Shown one piece after another: positions 1-12,642 of a DNA stretch of 58,330 bases; within the stretch, counting starts at the first letter, position 1; each line of letters opens with the position of its first letter. The notes under the pieces were generated by a model. The model ran no database searches, was not told the origin of the DNA, and worked only from the letters and a program-made list of their open reading frames with translations. The position numbers and the translations under genes are program-made. The stretch lies in assembly GCA_013265495.1 (NCBI GenBank), contig MU057560.1, forward strand, positions 1,843,664-1,901,993. The letters run 5' to 3'. This DNA comes from Vicugna vicugna. Taxonomy: Eukaryota.

Positions 1-73
1 CAGCCGGCCGTGGCTGCACCGCAGGACAACAAATCGAAAAGACCTGCGCGTAAGTGCACCCTGCAGGCCAACA

Positions 74-96
74 TAACCCTAACCCTAACCCTAACC
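74..96 (+). repeat. Short interstitial telomeric tract (TAACCC)x3.8
   Basis: taaccctaaccctaaccctaacc, perfect. Confidence 0.85.
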
Positions 97-658
97 TTTC
101 TTGAGACTCTCAACTTTTTGTTACAATCACAGATACCCAATGAGAAATCAGACTGAATACGCACTCCAGTAAAAGAAGGATGAAACCATCTTTTCAAATC
201 CTGGCACGAGATCAATGGTCAAAGCAGACGACACCCAAGAAGCAGAGAGACTCGCGCTGCTCCGGGCAGGCTCCACATAAGCACGTGATTCATGTGTCGT
301 TTTGTGGGTGGTTTGGGGGGTTTTTTTTAAATATAAATGGAAGCTCTTCTCAAAATGCTTATATTTCAAATAAATAAAATCAGCATTCTGAAGTATATTA
401 AAAAAACTTAAATGCCAAAAATATCCTCAATATTGATTCACAGTGCTTGTCAACATAAATTTTTCTATTAGCAGTCAAGTCATGATCCCTTTAATATGCT
501 GTATTTAAAAATTAATGGAAAGGAGGCAGGCTTGAGAAATACACACAGACGCAAAAATAGATTCTAAATAAGAATTCAACGTTTTTACTTTTTCTTATTT
601 GTATTTGCTAACAATCTACTATAAATATGAATTGCTTATCATTTGATAAAGTATTCTG

Positions 659-1336
659 AATTTTAAAACATGAGATACAATAGGGCAAAACTCAGTTTAA
701 AAATACAGCTGATGCCAGCTATGAGTAAGGCATTGTGTGTGCCTGATGCTAAGAAAAATGCAGGTGTAAAGGCGAACTCCTGCCGTCAAGGACTTGAAAC
801 CTCGGCTAGCCTGGAGAACAGCAACAAAGACGGAGCTGCCGTTAGCTCTCAGCCCACCGGACAGGGCACGTGGTGAACATTCCTAACGCCCACACTGACT
901 CCACAAGGGAGAAATTAGCCCGGTTTTACAAGTAAAGAGACTGAGGCTCAGGGAAGTGAAACCGTGCCCACGACACAGTGCACTCGCGCCCAGAGTCAAT
1001 TTTAAAACATGAGATACAATAGGGCAAAACTCAGTTTAAAAATACAGCTGATGCCAGCTATGAGTAAGGCATTGTGTGTGCCTGACGCTAAGAAAACTGC
1101 GGATGTAAAGGCGAACTCCTGCCGTCAAGGACTTGAAACCTCGGCTACCCTGGAGAACAGCAACAAAGACGGAGCTGCCGTTAGCTCTCAGCCCACCGGA
1201 CAGGGCACGTGGTGAACATTCCTAACGCCCACACTGACTCCACAAGGGAGAAATTAGCCCGGTTTTACAAGTAAAGAGACTGAGGCTCAGGGAAGTGAAA
1301 CCGTGCCCACGACACAGTGCACTCGCGCCCAGAGTC
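659..1336 (+). repeat. Direct tandem duplication, 2 x 339 bp (659-997, 998-1336); each copy ends in a MIR-like fragment
   Basis: Five substitutions seen by eye and no indels. Explains the twin 68-aa ORFs at 670 and 1009. Confidence 0.97.
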
Positions 1337-2890
1337 TGCACTCTCCGTCCACTGTGTCTGGCAAAACGTTCTGATAAAAACAGCAAGTAGCGCATATGCA
1401 AACAAACGATGCATCGTCCAAAGAACCACTGGACACCAGAAGCCGAGCGGACGTCACTTCGACTTACAGGGACAGAAGGCAAACACCCGCTACGGTCTCC
1501 GCAGCACAGGCTGGCGGCTGAGAGGCCCTTCCACAGGGCGGAACGCCCGACAACACGGGTCACGCTGATTTTAACAGGAGTTGAGAGTGGGTAGAATGTA
1601 GTGTCTGAGGCTGGAAAACATGTACTTCCATTGTTTAGCTTAAGTATACATAGCGCAAATGTCATTTTAAACATAAACACGTTCTGCTTTTCAAGAACTT
1701 TCAAATCCATTGTCCCAACTGATTCTTCAGAGGTAAGTAAGCCTATAAATGTGTGAAATAATGGTCGATTGAATTAACGAGGCGCAGAGAAGCAGCGTCA
1801 CTTAACAAAGGACACGTGCAAATTAGTAGAAGTGCTAAAATTGGGATTCGGTGGGTTTCACAGGGCCGTGTGCGCACCCGCGGGTCAGAAACGCTCACCC
1901 CGAAGTGCAGCTCAGGGGCGCCCTCCCCCCGGGTGCTGTCAGGACGCCCCAGCAAGTCCGCACTCCGATTCACATAAAGCACAGCTGCGAGCGCACTCCA
2001 GACGTGTTACCTCGAATCCCGGAGGTTCATCTGTTATAAACAAACGGTCGAACAGCGAACTTGGAGCAGAGGGAACTGGGGCTCTGAAGTTTGTGGGTTT
2101 TCCCAAGGTCACGCAGGGACGAGGGATGGAGGCGCCGACACTCCAGGCCGAGCTGACGTCACACTCACGTGGCTTCCGTGTGCTGGCTTTGCTTAGGGAA
2201 CCTTCCTGACGATCAGTATTTACGGCCCAAGTTTTTAAGGGGGTGTCCGGGAGTCAAAGTGAGCTTAGAAGTAGACAATTGGAGCCTCAGGCACTCAGAC
2301 AAAAGTCCCTATGGCCGCTTAGTCGTTTCCCAAATAACAGAGAGGCCTTGACTCTACTCAGGGCAGAGCCACTGCTGAGCGGGTGGGAGGGCAGCACCGC
2401 AGAGCCGGACGCGCCCCTGCCGGCCACGTGGGGCCAGTCGCCCAGCCAGAGCCATGGCCTTCCCAGGTGTGAGCCCCGCCGTGCCGGGGGCCTGTCCGCC
2501 TCCGGCGCCCTCGCCGTGTGGACAGGTTCCTCCCGAGCCCCGCAGCAGGAGTCGGGGGTGTGGGTCATCTGCCTGGACGTCTCAGTGAGTGTCCCCAGCT
2601 GCCCGCTTGCAGACAACTTACGGGGGAGTCACCCAGCACACGACCCTGAAGGAGGCTCCCCGCCCCTGCTGTTTATCCGCCTTTACCGTGGACCCACCCG
2701 CCCACGTGCAATGCTGTAACATCTGCTCTGAGTCTGCTTCCCACCTCCAGGGAACAGAGCGGTAGTACATGGCGAGCGGAGACTTACACCCCTCAGAAGC
2801 ACCTGACAAGCTTCTGGAAGCCTTTGACAATCCTGTTAGGTCTGTCTTCAGAATAGGAGACACAAAGCTAAAAAATCTCTTGATACAAAC

Positions 2891-2932
2891 CTTTCTTTCA
2901 TTATCTTCATAAAGCCTTTCATCTTCTTTTTC
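2891..2932 (-). CDS. DCDC2C: DCDC2C exon 10 (42 nt): EKEDERLYEDNERK (may extend to 2788 or read through to 2618; see findings)
   Basis: tttattttttt-aataatag| acceptor; AAG|gtttgt donor; resembles recalled human DKEDARLCEDVERK. Confidence 0.78.
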
Positions 2933-3253
2933 CTATTATTAAAAAAATAAACACAGCGGTCACTGCCTGCAGGAAGGAGGTTGTCCAATAAACCCTTGCT
3001 GCTTCCGACCTCCTCGCACCTTCCTGGTCGGCCAAATGCTTTCTTGTCCCGAGGTCACTCAGAAGTTCAGGCCCCAGCCTTGACCCCACCTCTGGGGTCC
3101 TGGCCTCCTCTGTCCATTTTGTGAAGCACTCCCCCTTTCCCAGCCTAAACTCTCTGTTTTCATGTATGTCTTATTACATATTTTTATACAAAACACAGCA
3201 TATCATATTCTCTGTTACATCTTGATTTTTTTCACTTCATGTAATATTTTGGA

Positions 3254-4167
3254 GCCCCCCCAGTACACATGGGCCCCCCCGTACACATGGGCCCCCAGTA
3301 CACAGGGCCCCCCCGTACACATGGGCCCCCCANNNNNNNNNNNNNNNNNNNNNNNNNNNNNNNNNNNNNNNNNNNNNNNNNNNNNNNNNNNNNNNNNNNN
3401 NNNNNNNNNNNNNNNNNNNNNNNNNNNNNNNNNNNNNNNNNNNNNNNNNNNNNNNNNNNNNNNNNNNNNNNNNNNNNNNNNNNNNNNNNNNNNNNNNNNN
3501 NNNNNNNNNNNNNNNNNNNNNNNNNNNNNNNNNNNNNNNNNNNNNNNNNNNNNNNNNNNNNNNNNNNNNNNNNNNNNNNNNNNNNNNNNNNNNNNNNNNN
3601 NNNNNNNNNNNNNNNNNNNNNNNNNNNNNNNNNNNNNNNNNNNNNNNNNNNNNNNNNNNNNNNNNNNNNNNNNNNNNNNNNNNNNNNNNNNNNNNNNNNN
3701 NNNNNNNNNNNNNNNNNNNNNNNNNNNNNNNNNNNNNNNNNNNNNNNNNNNNNNNNNNNNNNNNNNNNNNNNNNNNNNNNNNNNNNNNNNNNNNNNNNNN
3801 NNNNNNNNNNNNNNNNNNNNNNNNNNNNNNNNNNNNNNNNNNNNNNNNNNNNNNNNNNNNNNNNNNNNNNNNNNNNNNNNNNNNNNNNNNNNNNNNNNNN
3901 NNNNNNNNNNNNNNNNNNNNNNNNNNNNNNNNNNNNNNNNNNNNNNNNNNNNNNNNNNNNNNNNNNNNNNNNNNNNNNNNNNNNNNNNNNNNNNNNNNNN
4001 NNNNNNNNNNNNNNNNNNNNNNNNNNNNNNNNNNNNNNNNNNNNNNNNNNNNNNNNNNNNNNNNNNNNNNNNNNNNNNNNNNNNNNNNNNNNNNNNNNNN
4101 NNNNNNNNNNNNNNNNNNNNNNNNNNNNNNNNNNNNNNNNNNNGGCCCCCCCGTACACATGGGCCCA
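3254..4167 (+). repeat. GC-rich minisatellite, unit ~18-19 bp (GGGCCCCCCCGTACACAT), spanning an 811-N gap (3333-4143)
   Basis: Units present on both sides of the gap. Confidence 0.9.
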
Positions 4168-6195
4168 CCACATTGTTTTCACAGCTGCCGTGTTTCCATC
4201 GTCTGGGTGAAGCATAAATTGATCAGCCAGCCTCTAAGGATGAATATCTCACTTGCTGCTGTTTTTTGTTACGAGTGAGTAGATTTGTGGGCCAGCCCTA
4301 CCTACAGAAATGATGGCTAAAATGTGCGGATTTAATTTTAACAGAAACAGAGACTCTTCCTTCCCGAGAGGCTGCGCCTGCTCACGCTCCACCCCTGCCA
4401 AGCGCTGCTGCCGTCCTGCGTCTTCCCAGCACTGGACATTCTCAGCCTCACTTTTTAAAATAACTCACTTATTATTTGCATTTCTTTAATTAGAAGTAAC
4501 ACGGATATTCTTCACTGCATCTTCTGGAGACCTGCATTCTTCCCAATGGGTTTCCTATTTGCCTCACTCGCCTTTCTTTCATTGGCTGGAATGAATCACT
4601 CACGAGCTCTTTATAAATTAAGAAAACTTACTTGTGTTGCAAACAGCTTCTTCCACACATCGGCTGACTTCTGACTTCATGGTATCTTCCAAAGGGAAGA
4701 TTTCCTATTTTCATACAGAGAAGTGTCAGAGCTTTGGGAATGGTTCCCCCTTAAGAAGTAGTCTTTTGAGGCTCACGGAATTTTCGGCTCCATCTTTCAG
4801 TCCCCTCTCCTGGGAATGGCTCCTCGCCCGGCTTCGCCCCACCCCGCCCTCTGGCCAGAGCGCCTGCCCCTGCCCCGAAGCTGCAGCCACAGCCGCACAG
4901 CAGCCCACTGCCCTCGCGGCTCCTGAGCGGCTCCTGTGCGCCCGGTGACATGCAAGGTGCCAAGAATGACAGTAAACTAACTCTTCTTTCACAAAACTCC
5001 GTCCATCAGAGGAGACAGTGGAAGCACACAAGTAACTGAGAGCCCAAGTGTAATTCAGACGGTGCAAGAAACACAAACACGGGGCACAGGCGGGAGGGGT
5101 GAGGTGGGCGTCTGGGGTCTGCAGGCACAAACTGCTCCGTGTGAAATGCGCAGCAAGGTCCTGCTGTGCAGCACGGGAGCCACACTCGAGGTCGTGCAGT
5201 GACCGACAGCGGAAAGGGATATATATAAAATGGCTAACCGCATCAGCCCTTCAGTGCCTGGTCTGCCATTATTCCAACGGGACCGCTTGCATTAAGAAAG
5301 ACACTTTGATTCACGCTAAGAAATTAAGCCTACTGACTGACGTTGAGCCACAGACACCCAAGATGCTCCCAGAGGCCCGAGTAGACGCATTTATCTACCA
5401 AGTCAGGAAGGCGCAGGTGCCGAAGTTCAACAGCCGCTGTGCAGACATTCAAGCGAGAGCACTGACTCGGGGCAGGCAAACACCGGCGTCACACTTCTCT
5501 CCAAACACGGCATCGGTCACTCCGAAACTGAGTCACAAAGCACCCTCTCCTCTACGGCCCCCAGCGCGAGTGACCTTCCGGCCCCTGGTCACCCAGTGCT
5601 CTGGGATCGACGTCTTCCCACCGCCAGACACAGTCCGTCACCAGCGGTGAGCGTCCTCCCCTCCGCATCAGGAGCCCTCCCTCACCATCCAGGTGCAGAC
5701 AGAACACTTTCGCTGAACCTGCCTCCAACCAGAAACATCGAAGACTGTAAGGATGGAAAAAAGGGGTTGAAAGATCATCCCCTCTAACTGTCTGTGTTAG
5801 ATCGTAAACTCCTTTGAGGTTGAAAACCCGAACAGACTCCCGAGGACCAGCGTCCTTCCCGCAGGGCCCCTCTGCAAGGTGGGCAAGAACCAGGAGCTGC
5901 CGCCGGCTCCTGTACACCCACACCCACCGCCTCTGCAGTCATTTCTCCCTCTTCTTAAAAAGAGGCTGCGGGCAAGTTTAAGCGCAGGAAAGGGTCACTT
6001 GCAAGGCTGCTGCGTTCACAGATTTACTGGCATCCTTGGAGGGCTCAGCCTCAGGACAGACTGGACTGGATGTCCCAGATTTGCTCCACAGCCTCCTGCC
6101 TGGAGCCAAACGTTTAGAAATAGGAAACCACCTTAAAAAAAATCTAAAGATAGAATTCTAAAAACAAACTCCTAAAAAATCTGCTTCTTAGTGGC

Positions 6196-6238
6196 ATGAA
6201 TTGTACATTTAAAGTAAATCTTGTCTTGAATGTTCTCA

Positions 6239-6280
<42 letters not shown>

Positions 6281-6430
6281 CGGTGACTGCTGTAACTCCT
6301 GGGGTGGTGGCTATGTTACTTAGCCTGGTGGCGGCAGTTATCTCCCCATATATGCGTGCATCAAAGGGTACACCTGAAAAATACGTGACTTTGAGTTGTC
6401 CAATATCCCTGGATTAAAGAAATAAAAATC
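6196..6430 (+). mobile_element. Old L1 3'-end fragment containing a (CA)n microsatellite at ~6240-6276
   Basis: L1M-type 3'UTR-like sequence (gttctcatcacacac...tatgttacttagcctg...tacacct) with A-rich end. Confidence 0.55.
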
Positions 6431-7016
6431 AAAGTAAATTTCCTTTTTCCAACACACGTTTTTACGGATTAGCCACAGAACCTCGCAGCGCACCATGGGA
6501 AGAAGCGTGCGCCTGCGTGGACGGCGCATCTAAAGCATCTGGACGAGGAGAGAAAACGCGAACCACATGGCGCGTCCCCGCTATCGTCTGCAGAGCGCGT
6601 GCTGCCCACGTGCACGGCCGGGATGTGCCACTTACACAACACGGACAACCCCCAGAAGGATGCCCAAGGTAACCGTGACAATGCAGCCTCCCACACACCT
6701 GCTGTCACGGTTCCCCTCTCCTCCCTCCCCTGCCCCTAAAAATATATCTTGAAAGTTGTCAGAAAACAAGTTTTTCAGCCTGCGACTGGAAGTACAGCGA
6801 TAGGTAATAGGTAATTAGAACTCGTGCAGAAGCCACGAAAATGACTCCTGCACTTTCCGGCACACGAGAGGCACACGCTGCGGCCCAGCTCCCTGCTGAT
6901 CCGTAGCCTGGACCACTCGCCTCTCTGGTCATTCTCCATCACACGCGAGCTCCACCCAGAATGTCCAAACCGAGACCCAAGCCGTCAAGCACAAGATAAA
7001 CGTGGGAACAACTCAC

Positions 7017-7085
7017 CCCGTCTCCTTCAAAACCAAGGAAGTCGCTCTGTGTCACTTGAACCTCTTTCACCATCTCAGCTGGTTT
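7017..7085 (-). CDS. DCDC2C: DCDC2C exon 9 (69 nt): KPAEMVKEVQVTQSDFLGFEGDG
   Basis: gtgttttctccccag| acceptor; GGG|gtgagt donor; continues the DQ-xPAExVxE motif; symmetric phase 0. Confidence 0.85.
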
Positions 7086-8419
7086 CTGGGGAGAAAACAC
7101 ACGTTTCAGATTTAGCCGCAGTCACCCTGTGTCACCGTCTTGAGAGGAGCCAGGAGCACGAGAGCCGGGTGACGCTCGGGCCGCTTCTGTGGGCAGAGCT
7201 GAGAAGTCACCACGGCTCCCCACGGGGTCGCTTCAAATCCAGGATGCGTCTGCTCTGTGTTTTCACCTCTGGCTCCTGCAACGCGGTGCCAGCCTGTTAC
7301 TAAAACTGCTGGAGAAATCTCTAGAAGATACTACAAATCCCTTCTGTGTAAAAAGGGACTTTCTGGTCGTGGCAGATGCCCCCAGCCCGCAGGTAGCTCT
7401 AAGTGCCTCGGCAGTCCTCCTCACACCCTTGTGGACCCCAGCCTGCATCCTCTTTCTCCGCGTCCAAGCGACGCCGCCACAGCGGGGCTGGGCTCACTCC
7501 TCACGCGGCCGCGGGTGCTACTCTCCCTGGGGATTACTCCTCAGTTGTCATGATTCGTCAGCAAAAGGCAATAAGCCACCATCGCTGGTGCCCTGGAACC
7601 TCTCTCCATGCCTGGGGAAACTCATGTGTTTCTGTGCCCATAAAAAGGCTCCCATGGGGGCTCCTCCAATTACGTTTCTGTGTAAAGGGGAGCAGGGGGG
7701 CTGGTGAGGGCTTCCGCCCACATCACCCAGGACCCCAGACCCACGGAGACTCCGACTCCAAGTTTCCACGACCTCGGAGGCAGAGAAGGCACGGTGGCCA
7801 ATGACACGCTGGCTCTTGAGGCCTCTGCCTGGACGTGTCACTTACCTCCACTGATCCGTCATCGGCAACAGCAGGTCACGGAGCCACAGCTGAGCTGTGG
7901 GTGGGGGCGCACGCCCTCACCGAGTGACCAGAACGCAAGTCAGTGACCCCCTAGTGTGCGGCACCTGAATTCCAGGACTGTGCAAACAAGCAGGTGACCG
8001 TTCAGTGCGGTCAACCCCATGCGCCTAGACCGCAGGTGTCACTGGGTCCTGAGGCTGTGCAGACACCTGCGGAGTCAGTCCCACGAGCCCAGACCCGAAC
8101 ACTCAGACCGTGACTGGGGGCCTTCCCTCCCTGTGGTTTACGCAGAGAAGCAATCACGGAGAATTCAGCCCCGTGGGGGCTGCCCAGAGCGCACTTAGAG
8201 AAGCGTTCAAAGTATGTTCTTCTGTGTGACTGAGACACGGTGCTGCGCTCCAGAAACAACACAACCTTGTGAACTGACTCTACTTCAACTGAAAACAATG
8301 CAAACCCCCCCAAAAAAAACAAAAAAATCACCTTCTTTCACCGAAATATCGATGCGAGGCGACACTGACTCGCTCACCCAGCAGGCGTCACAGAGCACCT
8401 GCAGTGCGTGCACGCAGAC

Positions 8420-8890
8420 TTGGCCCTCGAGAAGCTGCCAGTCTCATGGGGAAGACAGACATTCATTAAATAACCACACAAGTAAGTCTAAAAGCACAAC
8501 CGTGGCAGGTGCCGCACGAGAGACACATGGGCCTAAAAGAGAACAGGACAGGACTGCACGTGCACGGGAGAGCAGTCAACGTTTCCTCCAATGGGGCCAT
8601 TAATTTGAAATACGAAGGATGAAAAGCCATCACTGCGTTAAGAGGAAAAGAAAGAATTTTCCAGGTGAAGGGAGCAGCACGTGGCAGCTCTGCTGCGGGA
8701 GGAAGCCCTGCGCTTTTAGGGACACGAGGGGCGATCGGAGAACAGAGTGGCCGCGGCCATCCTGCCTGGAGACAGCAGGACTTAGGACTCTAGTGAAGGT
8801 GAGACGGACAGAGATTCCAGGCACGTTTGGGAGGTAAAACCAACAGAACATGGGACGACCTGGATGTGAAACAGCTGAAAAAGGTGAGTC
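8420..8890 (-). mobile_element. L2 LINE remnant
   Basis: Degenerate L2 3'-region phrases (gccctcgagaagctgccagtctcatggggaagacagac...). Boundaries approximate. Confidence 0.5.
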
Positions 8891-10319
8891 TCAAGAACCT
8901 CCCGCAGGTGTCGTCTGTGATTTCCCGGACAGATGGGGTGTCACCCGTGCACTGAGATGGGACGCAGACCAGGCTCGGGGATGGTGTGGGAGGAGACGGG
9001 GCTCGTCCTCACCTGGCTGAGCTGGTATCTCACACCATCCAGCGGGCAGTGCAGACCCACAGACGTGCGTACGCGTCTGGAGCTCGGGAGAGAGAGCTCG
9101 TGCAGACTGAACCACGGTGACAAAGGACCTTCCCGGGGGAAAGGCTGGGAGCGAGAAGGAGCCCCAGCCACCACCGTCAGAGGATCAAGGCTCATAAAGC
9201 AGACAGTGCGCGCGGTCACCCTCGCAGGCCTCCACGCGAGCCACGCTCACGGGAACGGCGGAGGGCCAGCAGGTGGCTGTCCAGGGGATACGTTATCTGC
9301 TCCAACACCAAAGAGAAACAGAACACTGAAAGCAAATTATAACTTCTTAGACATGAAAACGCAGAAGGAGGCAGAGCAGCGCAGGCGGAGGAAGAGGTGA
9401 CTGCAGAGGGACCACACCCCCTGCCGTGTGGGGACCGGCAGTAACGCCGCTCCCAGTGCCAGGCCCCCCGAGTCCCGTCCCTGGCGTCCTCCCCCTTTCC
9501 CCTCCATCATACTTCCCACAACTTCGCCTTCTGTCCCATTCAGGGACCACTCGGTTCAGGACAAACAGCGTCCAGGACTCAGGTGACCAAGAGCATGCGG
9601 TTCACTGACAGCGCGGCTTCTCTAACCCGGAGCCCGATCTGGATGCTCTCATGAGCCAAAGGTGGGCATCAGCGGAGTTCTACAAGGGTTCCCGAGAGTG
9701 GGCTTTTCTGGCCAGGAGCCCTGGAATGGAAGAAGGCAACTTCCAACCTACGCAAAAAAATGAGAGACTGTGGACGTCACCCGCTAAGGCGTCAGGTGGT
9801 AGAACACCCAGTGACCCAGGTTGGAGGAGAGAAAGGGGGACACGCGCGGAGGGAGTACACATCACTCTGGGGGTAAATTAAAGAAAAGAGAGTCGGGAGA
9901 CAGAGCTGCTGAAACAGGAGCATGTTAGGAGTCAGAGTGTGGGTCAAGATGCCCCGTCACCAGCCGTCCTGGACCGTCAGGGAGACTAACGCCCAGAGCA
10001 GCCGGTGACCCCTCTTAGCCGCTAAGCGCTGGACCCTCCCTGCCCCATTTCCTCGCTGTCCTCCCCTCTCCACACAGCCCCAGGGAGCTCTTGAACCGGC
10101 CTGGACGTCCTGGGGGGAAGTTCTAGGCACCGGAATGAAGGAAAGGTTAAGGAGGCCAGAGTGTCAGCCTCGCTCATCGTCACAAAAAAGATCGGACGTT
10201 ACTCGGTGTCACGCGGCAGGAGCAAAGGACAGCCCACCTTCCTCACTGACGAAAACCTCGACTTCAACCTTCACTCAGCCGTGGGAGGGGAGTGGCGCAG
10301 GCGACGCTGCGTGGGAAGA

Positions 10320-10700
10320 TCTGAGCATCGCCATTCTGTCATTCAAGCGATCATTAAGGGCCTCCTGCCTGCCAGGAGCTCTGTTAGCAACAAGGGCCAC
10401 CCAAGCGAGCAAAGCAGACCACCCGCTCCTCACGGAGCCTCAGCCTAGGGGGACAAAGGGACAGTAATCACGTAACGACAAAGCTACATACACAGTCGCA
10501 AACCGTGAGGAGCCTTAAGAAGGGCCTGGCAGCAGAAGCGCCTCGGGGGAGAGGTGGGCGAGCAGGAAAACTCAGGGTCGGGGATCTGGAGGATGAGGAG
10601 CAGCTAGCTGGAGGGGGCACAGAACACTCTAGAAGCCAGGGAGAGCCTGGGGGAGGCGTCGCGGGTGAGGCGCAGGCAGGCAGGGCTGACGGAGTGGGAG
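10320..10700 (-). mobile_element. L2 LINE remnant
   Basis: cattcaagcgatcattaagggcctcctgcctgccagg... pattern typical of a reversed L2 3' end. Confidence 0.45.
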
Positions 10701-10742
10701 TCAGGAGGAGGCGGGCACGGTCGTGCGCTGCCCACTACCCAC

Positions 10743-10843
10743 CTGGTCCTCAGGCACCTCCACGGTCATGTCCAGGTCCTCCTTGACTTCCGGTGCCCCT
10801 TGGGATTCCCCGCTGGGAGTCTGGGCTTTATACACGTCACCGT
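10743..10843 (-). CDS. DCDC2C: DCDC2C exon 8 (101 nt): (D)GDVYKAQTPSGESQGAPEVKEDLDMTVEVPEDQ
   Basis: gttgtttttccgcag| acceptor; CAG|gtgggt donor; DCDC2-family GVYKA...GA.EV.ED....VEVP.DQ motif. Confidence 0.92.
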
Positions 10844-12493
10844 CTGCGGAAAAACAACACCGACAGGGTTTCCAGACTGATGTCCACTGCACCCTTCCTC
10901 ACCCAAACCAAAGCTACAGCTCGACACCCTCAGCGCTTCTGGTGTCACACTGAGCGTCCTGGCCCAGGGACCACGGACCCCACAGGCCCCTCACCTCCGT
11001 TTCCCCGTCACCCTTGGTTCTGCTCCAGCCGAGGTGCTGGGCTCAGCGGCCCTCGACGTCTGCACTGTCTGCTTACGTCCCTGTCTCCACAAAGGTCCCA
11101 GACTCCAGAGTCACGGTCACCCTTGTGTCCCCCCCACCGTGGGACTCGGGCCAGTGACAAAATGCAGTGAACGTTCCACAGGTGTGCATGCGGTTCATTC
11201 AGTCAGAAATAAGCACAGAGCAGCTCACGAGACATCAACATCACGTTTTAAGGACACACAGATCTGTTAGCTCAAGACACATTCAAGCCCTGGGGCTAAC
11301 GGCGTCCACCGAGGCACCTGGCCTGGCTGGCAGGTGACATCACCGATCGGCATCACCACTGGAGGTGCTCGACGCCGTAAAATCCCAGGGTTCTTGAAAA
11401 GCACATCCTCACCCTGAGCAGAAGCAACAAGTGAGCAGAAGAAAAAGCAGCGGGCCAGGCCGGGCCTTCAGCGGCCAAACGGGGCCGACGCGGCCACTGA
11501 CGAGCCCAGTGACCCCAGCGGGAAACTGTGACCACGGACCCACCCATTTCTCAGTCAGGAGTCCTGGGCCTCCCCACCCCTCGCAGGCCCATTCTCGCCC
11601 TTCCTGGCCCCCAGCCCCAGGAGAACCACCCCCAAGTCTTGGGCTGGAGGACGGGGGATGGGAGAGGTGGGGGGCAGGAAGGCGGCATCAAGAACCCACG
11701 CATCCCGGGTGACCCCGTGCCTTTGATGTTAACAGTCACGGCAGACCTCCCACAAGCCTGCGATGACCTGTCTGCAGGTAAGGAAGGTGCCCGGGTCACA
11801 GGCTCACGAGGGCCATGGCTGGAATCTGAGTCCCACCACGCTGTGTTTTTCCCAGAGCAGGGGGGCCCACTGTGCCTTCCCAAAATTTCCCAAGAAACTT
11901 TACGAGTGATTAAATGCTCTATCACTGCAACTATCTTCCAGAACTTCAGGCGGTGTTGGTCCAGCGGGCTCAGTGATGACCGCTGTGAGGCTGCATTAGA
12001 ACAACACGACCCCTGTGCTCGCACGCCTGCCTGGCCCGCCAGGCCACACGCTCTGGGGCGGGGGTGGGAGGGCCGGACCACGTCTTAATACCCCGGGCCT
12101 GGCCTCGGGCCGGGTGCACAGCAGGACAATGCCCGTGTCACAGGACGGGGAGCACGGAGGGGAGAGGTGCGGGAAAAGCTTTAGGGGAACGTCCAGCTCT
12201 GAACCTGGAGCAAACAGAGGAGCAGAGGAAGCCAAGAGACGGGGCAAAGGGGTGAGGAACAGAGTCGTATGCATGGTAAGGGGAGCTGGGAGGGGATGAC
12301 GGTAAGAGAAATGACTTCCCAAACCGTCGCGGCTGCAGAGACGTCAGGGAGCCCTCCTCTCCGCCACCTTCCCCTCCTCCCCACGGCCAGCTGTGGGGCT
12401 TCACTCTCTTGAGTATCTGTCACACCTCCAGGCGAGACGGGTCACAGAGAGCACCTCCTGCAGAGCCTGGCACCCAGGCAGAGCTGCACCGCA

Positions 12494-12642
12494 GGCGGCG
12501 GTGGCGGCGGTGGTGGTGGCAGCGGCGGTGGCCAAGGAGTGTTAACAGCAGCACCAGGAGTAGTGGTGACAGCAGTGATGATGGCGGTGGTGACAGCAGT
12601 AGCAGTGACAGCAGTAAGAATAGGAGTGGGAGGAGGGGGAGG
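12494..12642 (+). repeat. Degenerate trinucleotide low-complexity tract (GGC/GGT/AGC/AGT)n
   Basis: ggcggcggtggcggcggtggtggtggcagcggcgg...gacagcagtagcagtgacagcagt. Confidence 0.8.

Noticed and set aside
148..387. Possible DCDC2C terminal exon (acceptor-like ...atacttcag| at 389-388 leading into ORF 148-369)
   Set aside because: Peptide has no recognisable similarity, runs through simple A/C tracts, and has no clear polyA signal; unsupported without transcript data.
659..1336. Twin 68-aa ORFs as a duplicated small gene, or the repeats as a CRISPR-like array
   Set aside because: No recognisable protein features or splice context; they come from the DNA duplication. There is no repeat-spacer structure anywhere and the DNA is mammalian.
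3162..4217. Long ORFs (300-390 aa) across N-runs, also at 46674-47840
   Set aside because: Artefacts of translating assembly gaps as X.
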